DNA of 64,000 nt. Source: Bdellovibrionales bacterium (GTDB lineage Bacteria > Bdellovibrionota > Bdellovibrionia > Bdellovibrionales > UBA1609). The translations under genes and the position numbers were made by a program. The notes beneath the pieces are model-generated. The model was not told where the DNA came from. It ran no database searches and saw nothing but the letters and a program-made list of their open reading frames with translations. Below, one piece after another: positions 1 to 10,142 of the stretch. The stretch lies in the NCBI GenBank assembly GCA_965261545.1, contig CBDHDF010000007.1:480001-544000 (forward strand), written 5' to 3'. Numbering within the stretch: the first letter of the stretch is position 1; every line of letters begins with the position of its first letter.

Positions 1-600
1 ACTTTTGAAAAGGAAGTGGCGGGAAAGCTTCACTACGCCGCTTGTTCCATTTGTGTTTCTCCCACAGAGCGAGGTAAGGGTATCTGTTTTGTCAATTCAG
101 TTTCTCCTTCTTCCTTGGCCAAGAAATTTGTCGATGCCATTGAGGCTGGGGTGAAAGAGGCAGCCGAAGTGGGACCTCTCATGAGTGCAGCTATGACAGA
201 TATTTCTATTGAACTCACCCATGTGGACCAAAGAGAGACGGAGTCCTCAGAAATGGCTTTTAAGGTGGCCTCGGCCACAGCTTTTCGAAGGGCTGTTCAA
301 GATGGAGAGAGCCAGCTCTTAGAACCCATTTTTAAGGTTGAGGTTGTGACTCCTGAAGCTTACATGGGCAATATCATGGGAGATTTAAATGGCCGGCGAG
401 GCAAGGTTCACCACATGTTTCCAAGGAGGGGGGGAGAGCAGGTTGTATCAGGGGAGGCTCCACTTATAAGTCTTTTTGGGTATGCCACAGACATACGCTC
501 TCTCAGCCAAGGACGAGCCACTTTTAGCATGGAGTTTTTGGAGTACAGCCCTATGCCCCTCAAAGTGGTAGGAGAAATTCTTTCAAAGGTAGGGCGATAA
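1..600 (+). CDS. fusA: Elongation factor G paralogue (EF-G2-like), domains IV-V, 5'-partial
   Basis: SSEMAFK, LLEPIFKVEVVTPEAYMGNIMGDLNGRRG and LFGYATDIRSLSQGRATFSMEF; frame open from base 1; not followed by tufA/rpsJ. Confidence 0.9.
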   Translation, partial: TFEKEVAGKLHYAACSICVSPTERGKGICFVNSVSPSSLAKKFVDAIEAGVKEAAEVGPLMSAAMTDISIELTHVDQRETESSEMAFKVASATAFRRAVQDGESQLLEPIFKVEVVTPEAYMGNIMGDLNGRRGKVHHMFPRRGGEQVVSGEAPLISLFGYATDIRSLSQGRATFSMEFLEYSPMPLKVVGEILSKVGR

Positions 601-674
601 AGTTCCAAAATTTAAGGTAACTGCACCCTTGGCGATCCACTTCGTTACCTACGGCGGTGGCTCCTTTCAACGTA

Positions 675-706
675 CCTGAATTCCCCTCCAGTTATAACTA
701 GGTTTA
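675..706 (+). mobile_element. Orphan, diverged IS1634-like terminal repeat
   Basis: cctgaattcccctccagttataactaggttta resembles the IS1634 end cctgaaatccctaaaagttgtaactaggttta at 52418. Confidence 0.55.
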
Positions 707-770
707 TTGGGTAGAAGGGCCGGTTACCCGACCCAAACCCCCATTACCACCACATTGTGAAAACTCTGGA

Positions 771-806
771 GAGCCACTCGGTGTCCATCCCTGACCCAAG
801 TGGCTC
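771..806. terminator. Hairpin between convergent genes (terminator or REP-like)
   Basis: gagccact...agtggctc stem enclosing catccctg. Confidence 0.4.
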
Positions 807-901
807 CTCCTCTTGCTCCACTCAAACTTCCATTCTATTCCACTCAATTCAATTTTAAAGTCTCAATGATAATACATTAATAAAATAATAAAATAATAAA
901 A

Positions 902-2617
902 TTAATGGTAAGTCATAATTTCCATATGGCGCAAGCCTGCCATCTGGCCTCTTGAAACAAGCATAACTTCAGCAGCCATATTGTTCACAAAAACTTGATG
1001 AGAGCCAGCCTTCGTCAAGGTTTCCACCACGACGCCATTGACAACAACATCAATGGCAATGGCATTCTTGCCAAACCACATGGATCGAATATCGACAATC
1101 ACTTTCTTAATGGGCATCACTCGACCTAAAGTAAAGGAGTGGGTGGTGCCTCTAAAAAGGTTCATATCTCCTTCAAATATGTTAAAGATGCGGAGGTGGT
1201 GATCGTGATGACGACCGTCGTGCTCGTGGTGGCCACCTTCAAAGGAATGATCATGGTGGTGGTGGCCATCGTCGCTTTCATGATAATGGCCATCATGGTG
1301 GTGGCCGCCTTTTCCAGGTTCTTCGGGAGTCATATCCTCATCTTCACCTTCATCGGGAATATCCTCTGGGGGAAGATCATCCGCATCATCGGGAGTCTCT
1401 TCGGGAGACTCTCCTGGCTCCGTGGGAACGAGATCCTCCGGGGGGAGATCATCCGCATCATCGGGAGTCTCTTCGGGAGAATCTCCTGGCTCCGTGGGAA
1501 CGAGGTCCTCTGGGGGAAGATCATCCGAACCATCGGGAGTCTCTTCGGGAAAGTCTCCTGGCTCCGTGGGAACGAGGTCCTCTGGGGGAAGATCATCCGA
1601 ACCATCGGGAGTCTCTTCGGGAAAGTCTCCTGGCTCCGTGGGGACTAGATCCTTTGGGGGAAGATCATCCGAACCATCGGGAGTTTCTTCGGGAAAGTCT
1701 CCTGGCTCCGTGGGGACTAGATCCTCTGGAGGAAGATCATCCGAACCATCGGGAGTCTCTTCGGGAAAGTCTCCTGGCTCCACTCCGCAAGAAAGGAAAT
1801 TGTGAGACACTTCATGGATAGAGTGAGCTGCAAATTGAAACGCTTCGTAGCTATCTGGAAACTCAGAAGAAGCATTGTTCAATCGACCCTTAATATATTG
1901 GAGTTCATCAATCACACAAGCAAATCGGCTTGCAAAAATAGAGTCCATAAGATCGGTGATAGTAAACTCTACGAACATAACGAAAGTCACAAGAAGAAGC
2001 TCTGGAGGCCCCATGGGATGATAAATTGCATGACCCGAGTCTCCATCCATAGATGATGTGGTCAACTTGGAAATCATCATATCAAGTTGCCACTTGGCAA
2101 ACTTTGCTTGATTCTTTTCTAACTGAAGACTTTCCTCCAACTCACAATCGTAGCAATCCCCATATTTGGTGATCTTCGAGTCCAGTTCCACAGAAGCAAA
2201 GGTAATAAACCTGTAAGCTTCAAAAAGAAAGTAATTCAATGCCTTTTCAACCTGAAGATTCGCCGAAGCATTGTCCATAATCACATGAGTCACTTCAGAA
2301 ACTCTATGTATGGCCTTGCTCGTAAAAGTATGACTGTAATAAGGCTTGATATTCTGGAGGGATATTTCAATTCCCCTCATTAAGGCTTTGACAGAGCCCT
2401 CGTAGTTCCCATAGATAAGGTGCCTCTGAGCCTCTTTATGGGCACGCCTGAGAATTCTTAATTGTTGACGATACCAAGCGCCAGTATCACCTTGACTATT
2501 GCGAGCGACGAGTGCTTTGATACCCTCCCTAGGTGAGTAAGAATCAATAACTTCATCAGCCATAGATACATTAAAACCTGCAAAAATTAAAATAAGCGAT
2601 ATAATGATCGATTTCAT
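902..2617 (-). CDS. Secreted protein with acidic Pro-rich 24-aa repeats, His-rich tract and C-terminal beta-rich domain
   Basis: ATG at 2617 with GGAGGA RBS, signal-peptide-like MKSIIISLILIFAGFNVSMA, repeats EPGDFPEETPDGSDDLPPEDLVPT. Confidence 0.85.
   Translation of the reverse strand: MKSIIISLILIFAGFNVSMADEVIDSYSPREGIKALVARNSQGDTGAWYRQQLRILRRAHKEAQRHLIYGNYEGSVKALMRGIEISLQNIKPYYSHTFTSKAIHRVSEVTHVIMDNASANLQVEKALNYFLFEAYRFITFASVELDSKITKYGDCYDCELEESLQLEKNQAKFAKWQLDMMISKLTTSSMDGDSGHAIYHPMGPPELLLVTFVMFVEFTITDLMDSIFASRFACVIDELQYIKGRLNNASSEFPDSYEAFQFAAHSIHEVSHNFLSCGVEPGDFPEETPDGSDDLPPEDLVPTEPGDFPEETPDGSDDLPPKDLVPTEPGDFPEETPDGSDDLPPEDLVPTEPGDFPEETPDGSDDLPPEDLVPTEPGDSPEETPDDADDLPPEDLVPTEPGESPEETPDDADDLPPEDIPDEGEDEDMTPEEPGKGGHHHDGHYHESDDGHHHHDHSFEGGHHEHDGRHHDHHLRIFNIFEGDMNLFRGTTHSFTLGRVMPIKKVIVDIRSMWFGKNAIAIDVVVNGVVVETLTKAGSHQVFVNNMAAEVMLVSRGQMAGLRHMEIMTYH
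1361..1780 (-). repeat. About six tandem 72-bp coding repeats
   Basis: Near-identical units with 72-bp period; later units drift (GSDD to DADD). Confidence 0.95.
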
Positions 2618-3016
2618 TTTTCCTCCAATAAGTAGTGAGAGTACACAGGCCACGTGGTACAAATTCCATGGGAACAAATGTGAACCTCTACTAAAATCAT
2701 CGTTTTGTTGCCTATTACGACGTACATCCCTGAAAATACCTACTGTCAAATTTATCTAAAGTACAAAGTCATAAGCCCCTTGTGCTCCGAAGGACTGTCT
2801 GTTGACAGACTGTGTAAACTCGCCCCCCCCCAGTTCGAGTTGTCACAATAATTCAAAACATAATATAATTATAAATATTAGAAAAAATTTTACATCCAAG
2901 CAAGTGAGCTATGAAAAATACTTATGATTATTATGCAATACGCCATGATTTTATGGGTCTATTAAAAATGGCCAAATTTAATTGTTGTCTAACAGTATTG
3001 GATCACATGAAAAAAT

Positions 3017-3679
3017 TCATAGTTTAGGGGGACCCCATGAGTCTCTCTGAATCTCATCAAAGTTTGAAATATCATCAGAACTTGGAATTTCATCAAAATC
3101 TAGAGTCTCATCAAAATCTGGCATATCCACCATCGGCTCTCGCATAACAGAATCTAGAAACTTATCCCTAGACACCTTTTGAAGGGAAGGCTGCCTATCT
3201 TTAGTGGAGATAGGAGGGGGAGTTGAGGCAGAAGTGGAGGTAGAAGTTGTCGCTGAAGAAGCCCTTTGAGTGGAACCAGAAGAGGCACCGACGTTGGCCA
3301 CAAATTTCCCTTGGGATTCCTTAAATAATTCCAGACCAGAAATACGAATCCATTTTTTCATCCCCGAGCACCAAGCAAAATCTGTACCACGAATAAAACC
3401 ATCTTTCACAAGATCTTTCAACTCACTGCTTGAAAACAAACCCCTTTGAATATATTTCCCATCCTCATTTTTCAGAACCACCCAGTCACCACTGGTGTTT
3501 GGAGATTCAAACTGTGAAGCAAATTCCTTAAAAGTTCCCGCTCCCATCCAGTAGTCCTCACCCTCTCGACAAATAAGATCCAAAGCACCCATTTCATATT
3601 GATTGATGCGTCGAGACAATTTTTCTATAGCCACGGGCCCATAGACCCTGCCTCTCTCTAAAAAAAACCACCCTCTCAT
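3017..3679 (-). CDS. GYF_2 (DUF4339)-like tandem-domain protein
   Basis: Two W...GP/GLF...W..GM..W-type motifs and a Ser/Thr-rich tail. Confidence 0.7.
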   Translation of the reverse strand: MRGWFFLERGRVYGPVAIEKLSRRINQYEMGALDLICREGEDYWMGAGTFKEFASQFESPNTSGDWVVLKNEDGKYIQRGLFSSSELKDLVKDGFIRGTDFAWCSGMKKWIRISGLELFKESQGKFVANVGASSGSTQRASSATTSTSTSASTPPPISTKDRQPSLQKVSRDKFLDSVMREPMVDMPDFDETLDFDEIPSSDDISNFDEIQRDSWGPPKL

Positions 3680-5376
3680 ACAATCCCTTCCTTGTGATTT
3701 GATTTGTTATTGGTCTCGTATTCATTATCTTTTAATTTTAATTTCGCTTGCAACATAAAATACGTCTTCATAAAGTCACTCCCCACCACATCATATCCCA
3801 ATATTTCATAAAGTTCTAACAAAGGCAGTTGCTTCTGCCTGTACTTATTATACAGCCGGTCCCCCAACATTTGTCCCAATATTCGAGAAGCCTCTAAATA
3901 ACTCGCCTTACGTTGAGGCTTAAAGCCTGCCTTCTGTAAATCCTGATCCTGGGAGGCCAAAAGTTCTCTCACTCTTTGATCCAGACTCAACTGCAAAGCC
4001 TCACGCCCCTTATCATCCACATGGGAAGCTGCAAGCAGAGCTTGGATATCTTGCACAGACTCCGTTTTGCGACGATAATTAATCAGCTTACTCATAAAAT
4101 AACTCACTCCCTCCACCCATATCGCAGAGAGAAAATTCTCAGGAAAGCTCCAGCACAATGACTTCCGTCCACTGAGCTTCCCATGGATGTACTGCCCCGC
4201 CATGGCGGCGGCATGATTGATCGTCCCCCGCGACAAATAAACCAATCCCTCACTGGGGAGATAAAAGCTTCTATCGTTACTCATAAGCCAATGGGCCAAG
4301 TCGAGTTCCTCAGAAGTCATTTTTGTAGGTAACAATTCCTCTAGATAGTCTTGATCCGCAGGGCAATAAACTGATAAATCGCTGGTATCGATCTCAATGC
4401 TAAGATCTCTAGCAAGAAATTCAATCAAAGACTGAACAGAGTCCGTGTAGTCGATGCCTTCTATGAGATCTTCCCCATCCAGATCCAGGTGTTTATCATG
4501 AGTTCTCTCCAGGTAAATAAGGTAGCTCTGCCATTTGACCCAAGGAGGGGAGGCCATGACGCAAAATCTTTCTCCAAACCTCTGCTCGGACCTCTCCCCT
4601 TTGGAATCATCTCCCCCACTGCGCATGACCTCTGGCCTGGACTCGGGGCTCTGTTCCGCCAGTTGAAAATAAAGTTGCTCCAAATTTTGATGAACCACAA
4701 TGGGCCAATGACCTGTCAACTTGTGGATTCTTTGGGGAAGGTGTTCCCTGGCCAAGTGGTATTCACCCACAATTCCATAAATGGTACCCCCCTCTAAAAC
4801 ATGGGACATACCATAGGACACCAAGTGCTGAGCCATAATCTCATCCCTCTTCTCAAGAATGCCACCCATATCATTGTCATGGGAAAAAACCTCATTGATC
4901 CCCAGCACGGAAAGAGAGTGCTCCTTTGCAAAGTCCATAAGCCCCTTATAGTGAGACCATGGAAAACCCCAGTGGGCTTCCCATTGGATCTGTTCCAGAA
5001 ATGTCTCGTCATCCACCTTATGGGAAAGATAATTGTCGATAAGAGGTTGGTGGCAAGACTCAAAGCACTCCAAAGCCAAAACCAAGGTCCCCGACCTTAG
5101 GGTCCTCGACCCCAGGGTCACCAATTGTCTCAAAATCCGAAGATGGGTTCTCTGGGACTGGGGAAAAGCATGAAAATCAGCGCCAAGGATCAAGGGAGAA
5201 CTCCTTAAAGTCCCTATCATTTGAGATGGAGGGCATGCCTGCCAAGAACCTTTATGCTCATCCATAAACTTTGACCTATAGGCGGCAAGTTCTTTGTCTT
5301 CATGGCCTACGTGGAGTTTCACTTGTTTTTTGAGCTGGTCCAACAAAGCTCGGCGCCGCAAGAGCCAAGTTCCCAT
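3676..5376 (-). CDS. ChaN-like (haem uptake / Tiki superfamily) protein
   Basis: LILGADFH, LALECF, W.FPW.HY, RDE.MA and VGEYHL motifs. Confidence 0.7.
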   Translation of the reverse strand: MGTWLLRRRALLDQLKKQVKLHVGHEDKELAAYRSKFMDEHKGSWQACPPSQMIGTLRSSPLILGADFHAFPQSQRTHLRILRQLVTLGSRTLRSGTLVLALECFESCHQPLIDNYLSHKVDDETFLEQIQWEAHWGFPWSHYKGLMDFAKEHSLSVLGINEVFSHDNDMGGILEKRDEIMAQHLVSYGMSHVLEGGTIYGIVGEYHLAREHLPQRIHKLTGHWPIVVHQNLEQLYFQLAEQSPESRPEVMRSGGDDSKGERSEQRFGERFCVMASPPWVKWQSYLIYLERTHDKHLDLDGEDLIEGIDYTDSVQSLIEFLARDLSIEIDTSDLSVYCPADQDYLEELLPTKMTSEELDLAHWLMSNDRSFYLPSEGLVYLSRGTINHAAAMAGQYIHGKLSGRKSLCWSFPENFLSAIWVEGVSYFMSKLINYRRKTESVQDIQALLAASHVDDKGREALQLSLDQRVRELLASQDQDLQKAGFKPQRKASYLEASRILGQMLGDRLYNKYRQKQLPLLELYEILGYDVVGSDFMKTYFMLQAKLKLKDNEYETNNKSNHKEGIV

Positions 5377-5493
5377 TTTTCTCCTTTGTTATCATTCATA
5401 TCTTTTATTTAAGCGAAGTCTTTTATTGAAACGAAACCTTTTATTGAAACGAAACCTTTTCGGCGAACAGAACCCTGTAACACTCATATTCAC

Positions 5494-6201
5494 TCATTCG
5501 GTAGAAAATATAATAAAATTTCCTTCAAACCGCTCACTTTCGTTGAGAAGGGCCTGGGCTGGATCCGTTTCATCACTAAAAAAACCCAAGAGCTCCAACT
5601 TGACGTGATAAACAAAACTATTATCATTTTCGGGAAGACTCTGGACATAGAACACAATGGGAAGAGTATGCACATCACTTCCTGGTGCCAAAACAGCATA
5701 GGTGTTGGGATCCACAAGATCGCAGGGGTTTTTATTCTCCTCATAAACACAATCCGAAGGAAGATATTCTTGGGTGGCCGTAGGAGCCTCACCTTTCCGG
5801 CTATTATTTTTAGATATCTCTAAAACAAAGCCCGTCACAACCAGTGTTTTACTGGCTTTATTTTCAATACTGAGAACAAAACTAAAGTGGGGAGGAGTTA
5901 CCTCTTCGTACTCAATGGGGTTTGTTCCAGGAAGAGGGATCCTCTTCTTATTTGTCGACACTCGCGGCTTGCCATTGATACTTACTTTCACCTTAGACGA
6001 AAGTGTATTCGAGTCACCACAAGATCCACACCAAAAAAGAACTCCGCCCACCATGAGCACTTTCATCATGAAGTATCTTATTTTCATAAAAGATCTTATT
6101 TTCATGAAAGATCTTATTTTCATGAAAGACTTTATGCAAAAAGCCACCCAAAAAGCCAAAGTCAATTCCATAACAATAGCCCCCCGTGAATTGAACCACA
6201 T
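5494..6201 (-). CDS. Hypothetical lipoprotein downstream of pilQ (true start probably near 6069)
   Basis: Long ORF co-oriented with pil genes; lipobox-like segment LFWCGSC; upstream part is an 18-bp repeat. Confidence 0.6.
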   Translation of the reverse strand: MWFNSRGAIVMELTLAFWVAFCIKSFMKIRSFMKIRSFMKIRYFMMKVLMVGGVLFWCGSCGDSNTLSSKVKVSINGKPRVSTNKKRIPLPGTNPIEYEEVTPPHFSFVLSIENKASKTLVVTGFVLEISKNNSRKGEAPTATQEYLPSDCVYEENKNPCDLVDPNTYAVLAPGSDVHTLPIVFYVQSLPENDNSFVYHVKLELLGFFSDETDPAQALLNESERFEGNFIIFSTE

Positions 6202-6272
6202 ATATTTATACTAACCATGATATTTAATACTAACCATATATTAACCCATATACTTATCATTAACATTTATTA

Positions 6273-8702
6273 TTATAACTTCTGCCCCATAATTCTTGGA
6301 GTCAAGAAGAGAAGAAGTTCATTCTTATCTTTCTCATGGGAACGACTCTTAAACAGCCAGCCAAAAAAAGGAATGTCCTTGAAAAAAGGAACACCCACTT
6401 CTGAATCGCCCTCCCTTGTACTGTAAATTCCACCTATCACGGCAGTTTGCCCATGTTGCACCAAAACCTTGGTCTTTGCGGATCGCGAGTTCACAGACCT
6501 GGCAAGAGATGTAAGGTCCTCAAGAGCCCCTGGAAACTGGCGTGTCACATCCACATCCATGATAATTCCACCCGAAGAAGTGATCTGAGGAGTCACCTTG
6601 AGGCTGAGAGTCACAGGAGTTCTATTTACTTGAGTGGTTGTCACCCCATTGTTATTCACAGCACTCAAAGATAAAATCTCACCACTTTGACTGATCTCTG
6701 AGGCCTGTTTATTCAAAGTGACAATTCTTGGAGAAGATATCACCCTAGCCACACTGTCGGACTCTGCCAAGGCCAGAGCCGCATCCAAGTCACCGAGAAA
6801 ATCTAAAGTTCCAATATTGAGGTTCATCACGGCGGTTCCACTCACGGTGTCTGCCACAGGACGAATACCTAAACTGGGAGTGATCGTCAAAGGACCTGAA
6901 GCTCCTGATCCCAAATTTGTCTGCGCTCCCGAAAGTCCCCAACTCACACCAAGGCTCTTGGAAAAAGCCTCCGTGGCTTCAACAACTTTACCCTCAATCA
7001 TCACTTGCTCGGGCGGGGTATCAAGTTGCTTAATCAAAGCCGATACACGAGCGAGGACTTCCTTGGTGTCAGTGATAATCACCGAGTTTGTGCGAGCATC
7101 CACAGCCACCTTCCCCCTGTTGGGAGTTAAGAAAGGAGACACCTGACCACTTAAATTCTCCACCTTGGCATAACTCACTGGTATGACTCGAACCAAAACG
7201 GGCTGTAAAGACCTTTGCGACTCAATGATGGATTTAGAAGTCGCAGCCTCTTCTTGCAATTGACTGATGGAGGCAATGCGAATGACATTTCCCTGTCTCA
7301 CATAGCCCAACTTATGGGTTCGTAACAAGATGACCAAAACCTGATCCCAGGGCACTTCCCTAAGATTCATGGTCACCTCTCCCTTGACCTCTTGGGAAAC
7401 CACTAAATTAGCCCCACTTTCAGCCATGATAAAGTTAATGGCATCAATGATAGGCACACCTTGGAGGTTCATTGAAATTTTCTTTCCATAAAATTTATTG
7501 TTATTGACAAGAAACTCCTCCAAACTTCTCACTCCAAGAGGCTGTCCTCTAGACGAAGAGCTATTTCCTCCAACAGTGGGCACCTCTGAGTCGCCACCAA
7601 TATCTCCATTTCCTCCAATATCTTCTCCAACACTCTCCTCAAAAACTTCCCCAGACTCCCCTTCCTCAGAGTCATTATCAGCAAGCAGAGTTCCTCCTCC
7701 ATCTCCAGAGGACAAAACATAAATCATATTTCCCTCCTTCTGCACACTGGGACTCACCGAAGAATCCTTCAGTTGCACAACAACACTCACCTTACTATCT
7801 CCATCTTCCTGATAGGCATTGATGGCTCCAAAAGGTGAGGAGGAAAAATCCTTCATAATGAAAGGACGACGCAAACTCTCAGGCAAAAAAGCATTAAATA
7901 TATCGACAGTGTATTGATTGGTGCTCTTATTAAAGCGAGTTTCATACTCCATCTCACCATCTCCAGTGATAGCCACTGTACCACCACCTTGATCCGCTAA
8001 AAACTGAATATTTGTTATGCCCAATCCACTTTCTGAAGCCGCATCTCCGGCATCTGCATATTCCTCTTGGCCTTCCTCTGCAAGAAAGTCATCTCCACCA
8101 CCTCCCACATCTTGATCCACAGGTTCTTCAGCGAAATCCTCAGAATCAGAAATATCCTCCTCAACACCGGCCACTTCCTGGCCATCATCTTCAGCCCATT
8201 CTTCTTCTAAGGATTCTTCACCGGCAAATTCTTCTTCATCTAACTCCTCATCACCTTGCCCTACGCCCTCCTGGGCTAAGTCACTACCTTCCTCAAAGTC
8301 TGAATCGAGCTCAACATCACTGGATGCAATATCTCCATCATCCAACCCCTCACTAGTTTCACTGTCTTCTTCACTGTTTGCATCCTCATCAAAGTCGGCA
8401 AACTCATCTTCAAAATCCGCAAGTTCCCCTTCGCTATTGCCTTCTGCATCCTCTTCGTTATCAGTATCAGCCCAATCTTCACCAGCCCCCTCCCCCTCTT
8501 GATCGTCAAGGCCCTCAAGCTCTCCATCATCCTCGGCGTCATCTTCGGCACCAGCGTCTTCAGCAAGATCACCCACCTTTTCCTCCAAGGCAAACTCGTC
8601 ACTTTCAGACGAAGAGAGGCTTAGCATGGAACACGAAACCCCACCACTTAACACACCTGTAAGAAGAACAATAAGATAGAAAGTATGTCTTGAAAATTTC
8701 AT
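6273..8702 (-). CDS. pilQ: Type IV pilus secretin with long acidic N-terminal region
   Basis: Secretin motifs VPWDQVL, DARTNSVII, QVMIEGKVVEA, GVPFFKDIPFFGWLFKS, ELLLFLTPRI; ATG 8702 with GAAGGAG RBS. Confidence 0.95.
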   Translation of the reverse strand: MKFSRHTFYLIVLLTGVLSGGVSCSMLSLSSSESDEFALEEKVGDLAEDAGAEDDAEDDGELEGLDDQEGEGAGEDWADTDNEEDAEGNSEGELADFEDEFADFDEDANSEEDSETSEGLDDGDIASSDVELDSDFEEGSDLAQEGVGQGDEELDEEEFAGEESLEEEWAEDDGQEVAGVEEDISDSEDFAEEPVDQDVGGGGDDFLAEEGQEEYADAGDAASESGLGITNIQFLADQGGGTVAITGDGEMEYETRFNKSTNQYTVDIFNAFLPESLRRPFIMKDFSSSPFGAINAYQEDGDSKVSVVVQLKDSSVSPSVQKEGNMIYVLSSGDGGGTLLADNDSEEGESGEVFEESVGEDIGGNGDIGGDSEVPTVGGNSSSSRGQPLGVRSLEEFLVNNNKFYGKKISMNLQGVPIIDAINFIMAESGANLVVSQEVKGEVTMNLREVPWDQVLVILLRTHKLGYVRQGNVIRIASISQLQEEAATSKSIIESQRSLQPVLVRVIPVSYAKVENLSGQVSPFLTPNRGKVAVDARTNSVIITDTKEVLARVSALIKQLDTPPEQVMIEGKVVEATEAFSKSLGVSWGLSGAQTNLGSGASGPLTITPSLGIRPVADTVSGTAVMNLNIGTLDFLGDLDAALALAESDSVARVISSPRIVTLNKQASEISQSGEILSLSAVNNNGVTTTQVNRTPVTLSLKVTPQITSSGGIIMDVDVTRQFPGALEDLTSLARSVNSRSAKTKVLVQHGQTAVIGGIYSTREGDSEVGVPFFKDIPFFGWLFKSRSHEKDKNELLLFLTPRIMGQKL

Positions 8703-8775
8703 CCTTAAAACTCCTTCATATTTAACTTGCAACTCTTTAGAATTCTGCAGGGCTAACCTCTGGAAAGGCCCTTCA

Positions 8776-9537
8776 CTACTTTTTTTTCAATCTCATAATT
8801 CTTGTTATAAAACTGGACTCTCCCCGAACTGAAACAGGCTCAACAACAACAACCTCCATCTCCCGAATGACTCCAATATAACCATTGTTCCTGCCTATTC
8901 TCTCATCTTTTTCCAAAATAAAATACTTGTTATCAGGAGACCGAAACATAGCCTTTGGATGGGTGGAATTCCATAAAATGCCAATAAGTTGGATCTGCTC
9001 AATATCCCACTTCCCCAAGGGAATCGACGGACCGGCTCCTTCACCGAATTCTGCCTCCCCCGGTTGAACTTGCTGATAAGGCTTAAAAGGATTTCGCCGG
9101 CCTTCCCCATCATATCTAAAGGGCTGGAGCAATGGGAACACTTCCTGCTCCCAAGCCTGAGCTGGCGAAAGTGAACCTGCCACAGGTCCTCCTCCAGAAG
9201 AAGGAGAAGTGCCCGTTCCGGGGGGGGGTGGAATATCTGTGCCAGGCGGAAGAGGCACGCCTCCTTCGGGGGGAGGCTCATTGGAAAAATCTGGCGGAGA
9301 AGGAGGAGGCACGCCTCCGCCGGGGGGAGGCTCATTGGAAAAATCTGGCGGAGGTGGAGGAGGCTCATTGGAAAAGTCTGGCGGAGGTGAAGGAGGCACG
9401 CCTCCGCCCGGGGGAGGCTCATTGGAAAAGTCTGGCGGAGGAGGCAAAGGGTCTTCCTCCTGTTGAGCCACAAGCTCACAAATTCCTAAAAATAAGAGAA
9501 GAAATGAAAGTGCAAAGGTCCACAAAATCGACCTCAT
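8776..9537 (-). CDS. pilP: Type IV pilus assembly protein PilP with Pro-rich repeats
   Basis: RRNPFKP, PL..W.I.QIQLIGILW, IGRNNG motifs; lies between pilO and pilQ. Confidence 0.9.
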   Translation of the reverse strand: MRSILWTFALSFLLLFLGICELVAQQEEDPLPPPPDFSNEPPPGGGVPPSPPPDFSNEPPPPPPDFSNEPPPGGGVPPPSPPDFSNEPPPEGGVPLPPGTDIPPPPGTGTSPSSGGGPVAGSLSPAQAWEQEVFPLLQPFRYDGEGRRNPFKPYQQVQPGEAEFGEGAGPSIPLGKWDIEQIQLIGILWNSTHPKAMFRSPDNKYFILEKDERIGRNNGYIGVIREMEVVVVEPVSVRGESSFITRIMRLKKK

Positions 9538-10142
9538 TTCTCCCCCTCTTTTTCTTCTTTCTCTTCTTTACTTGGTATATATGTATACCCCACCACTGTG
9601 GCCGAAAGCTTCACCTCTGAACCACTTGTTCGACTCTCCCCTCGATAAGTCGCATAAGACATATTTTTCACAGTATAAATACGCTCCCCTTGGGTCAACT
9701 GGGCAAGAAAAGACATCATTTGGCCATAGGTGCCCACAAGTTCAATGCCCACAGGAATCTCCACATATAAGCCACTGGACGAATCCACTCGACTTTTACT
9801 ACTAATACTCACAACCTTCGCCCCCACAGCACGGGCTGCCGATGACAAGTTTTTCACCAATTCCGAATCTGTTAATTTCTCAGGAATGTACTTAGCAACC
9901 CTGTTCATACTTTCGCCCATTTCCTCAGCGATTTTGGTAAGCCTACTGGCATCGGTAAAAGTGCCTTCTAAAATTGATATCTCACGACTCATTTTTTTTA
10001 ATTCCTCCTCTGTCGAAGCAATGCGACGTGCCGTCTCTCCCCCATCATTAAAAAGAAGAATATAATAAGCTCCTGCGATACCAAGCCCAATCACCCCCGC
10101 TTTTAACGCCGTCATAGATTGAATTTTTTCAGTCAACCCCAC
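9534..10142 (-). CDS. pilO: Type IV pilus assembly protein PilO
   Basis: TM plus coiled coil, YVEIPV.IEL.GTY.Q...F; GTG start overlaps pilN stop. Confidence 0.9.
   Translation of the reverse strand: MGLTEKIQSMTALKAGVIGLGIAGAYYILLFNDGGETARRIASTEEELKKMSREISILEGTFTDASRLTKIAEEMGESMNRVAKYIPEKLTDSELVKNLSSAARAVGAKVVSISSKSRVDSSSGLYVEIPVGIELVGTYGQMMSFLAQLTQGERIYTVKNMSYATYRGESRTSGSEVKLSATVVGYTYIPSKEEKEEKEGEK

Noticed and set aside
1361..1780. Possible CRISPR array
   Set aside because: Contiguous in-frame 72-bp coding repeats with no unique spacers and no cas genes.
1139..1805. Antisense and alternative-frame ORFs here and over carB, fabF and pilP
   Set aside because: Shadows of real genes or repeats; no motifs or RBS.
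2805..2850. Hairpin as riboswitch or MITE
   Set aside because: Weak stem, no recognisable consensus or TSD.
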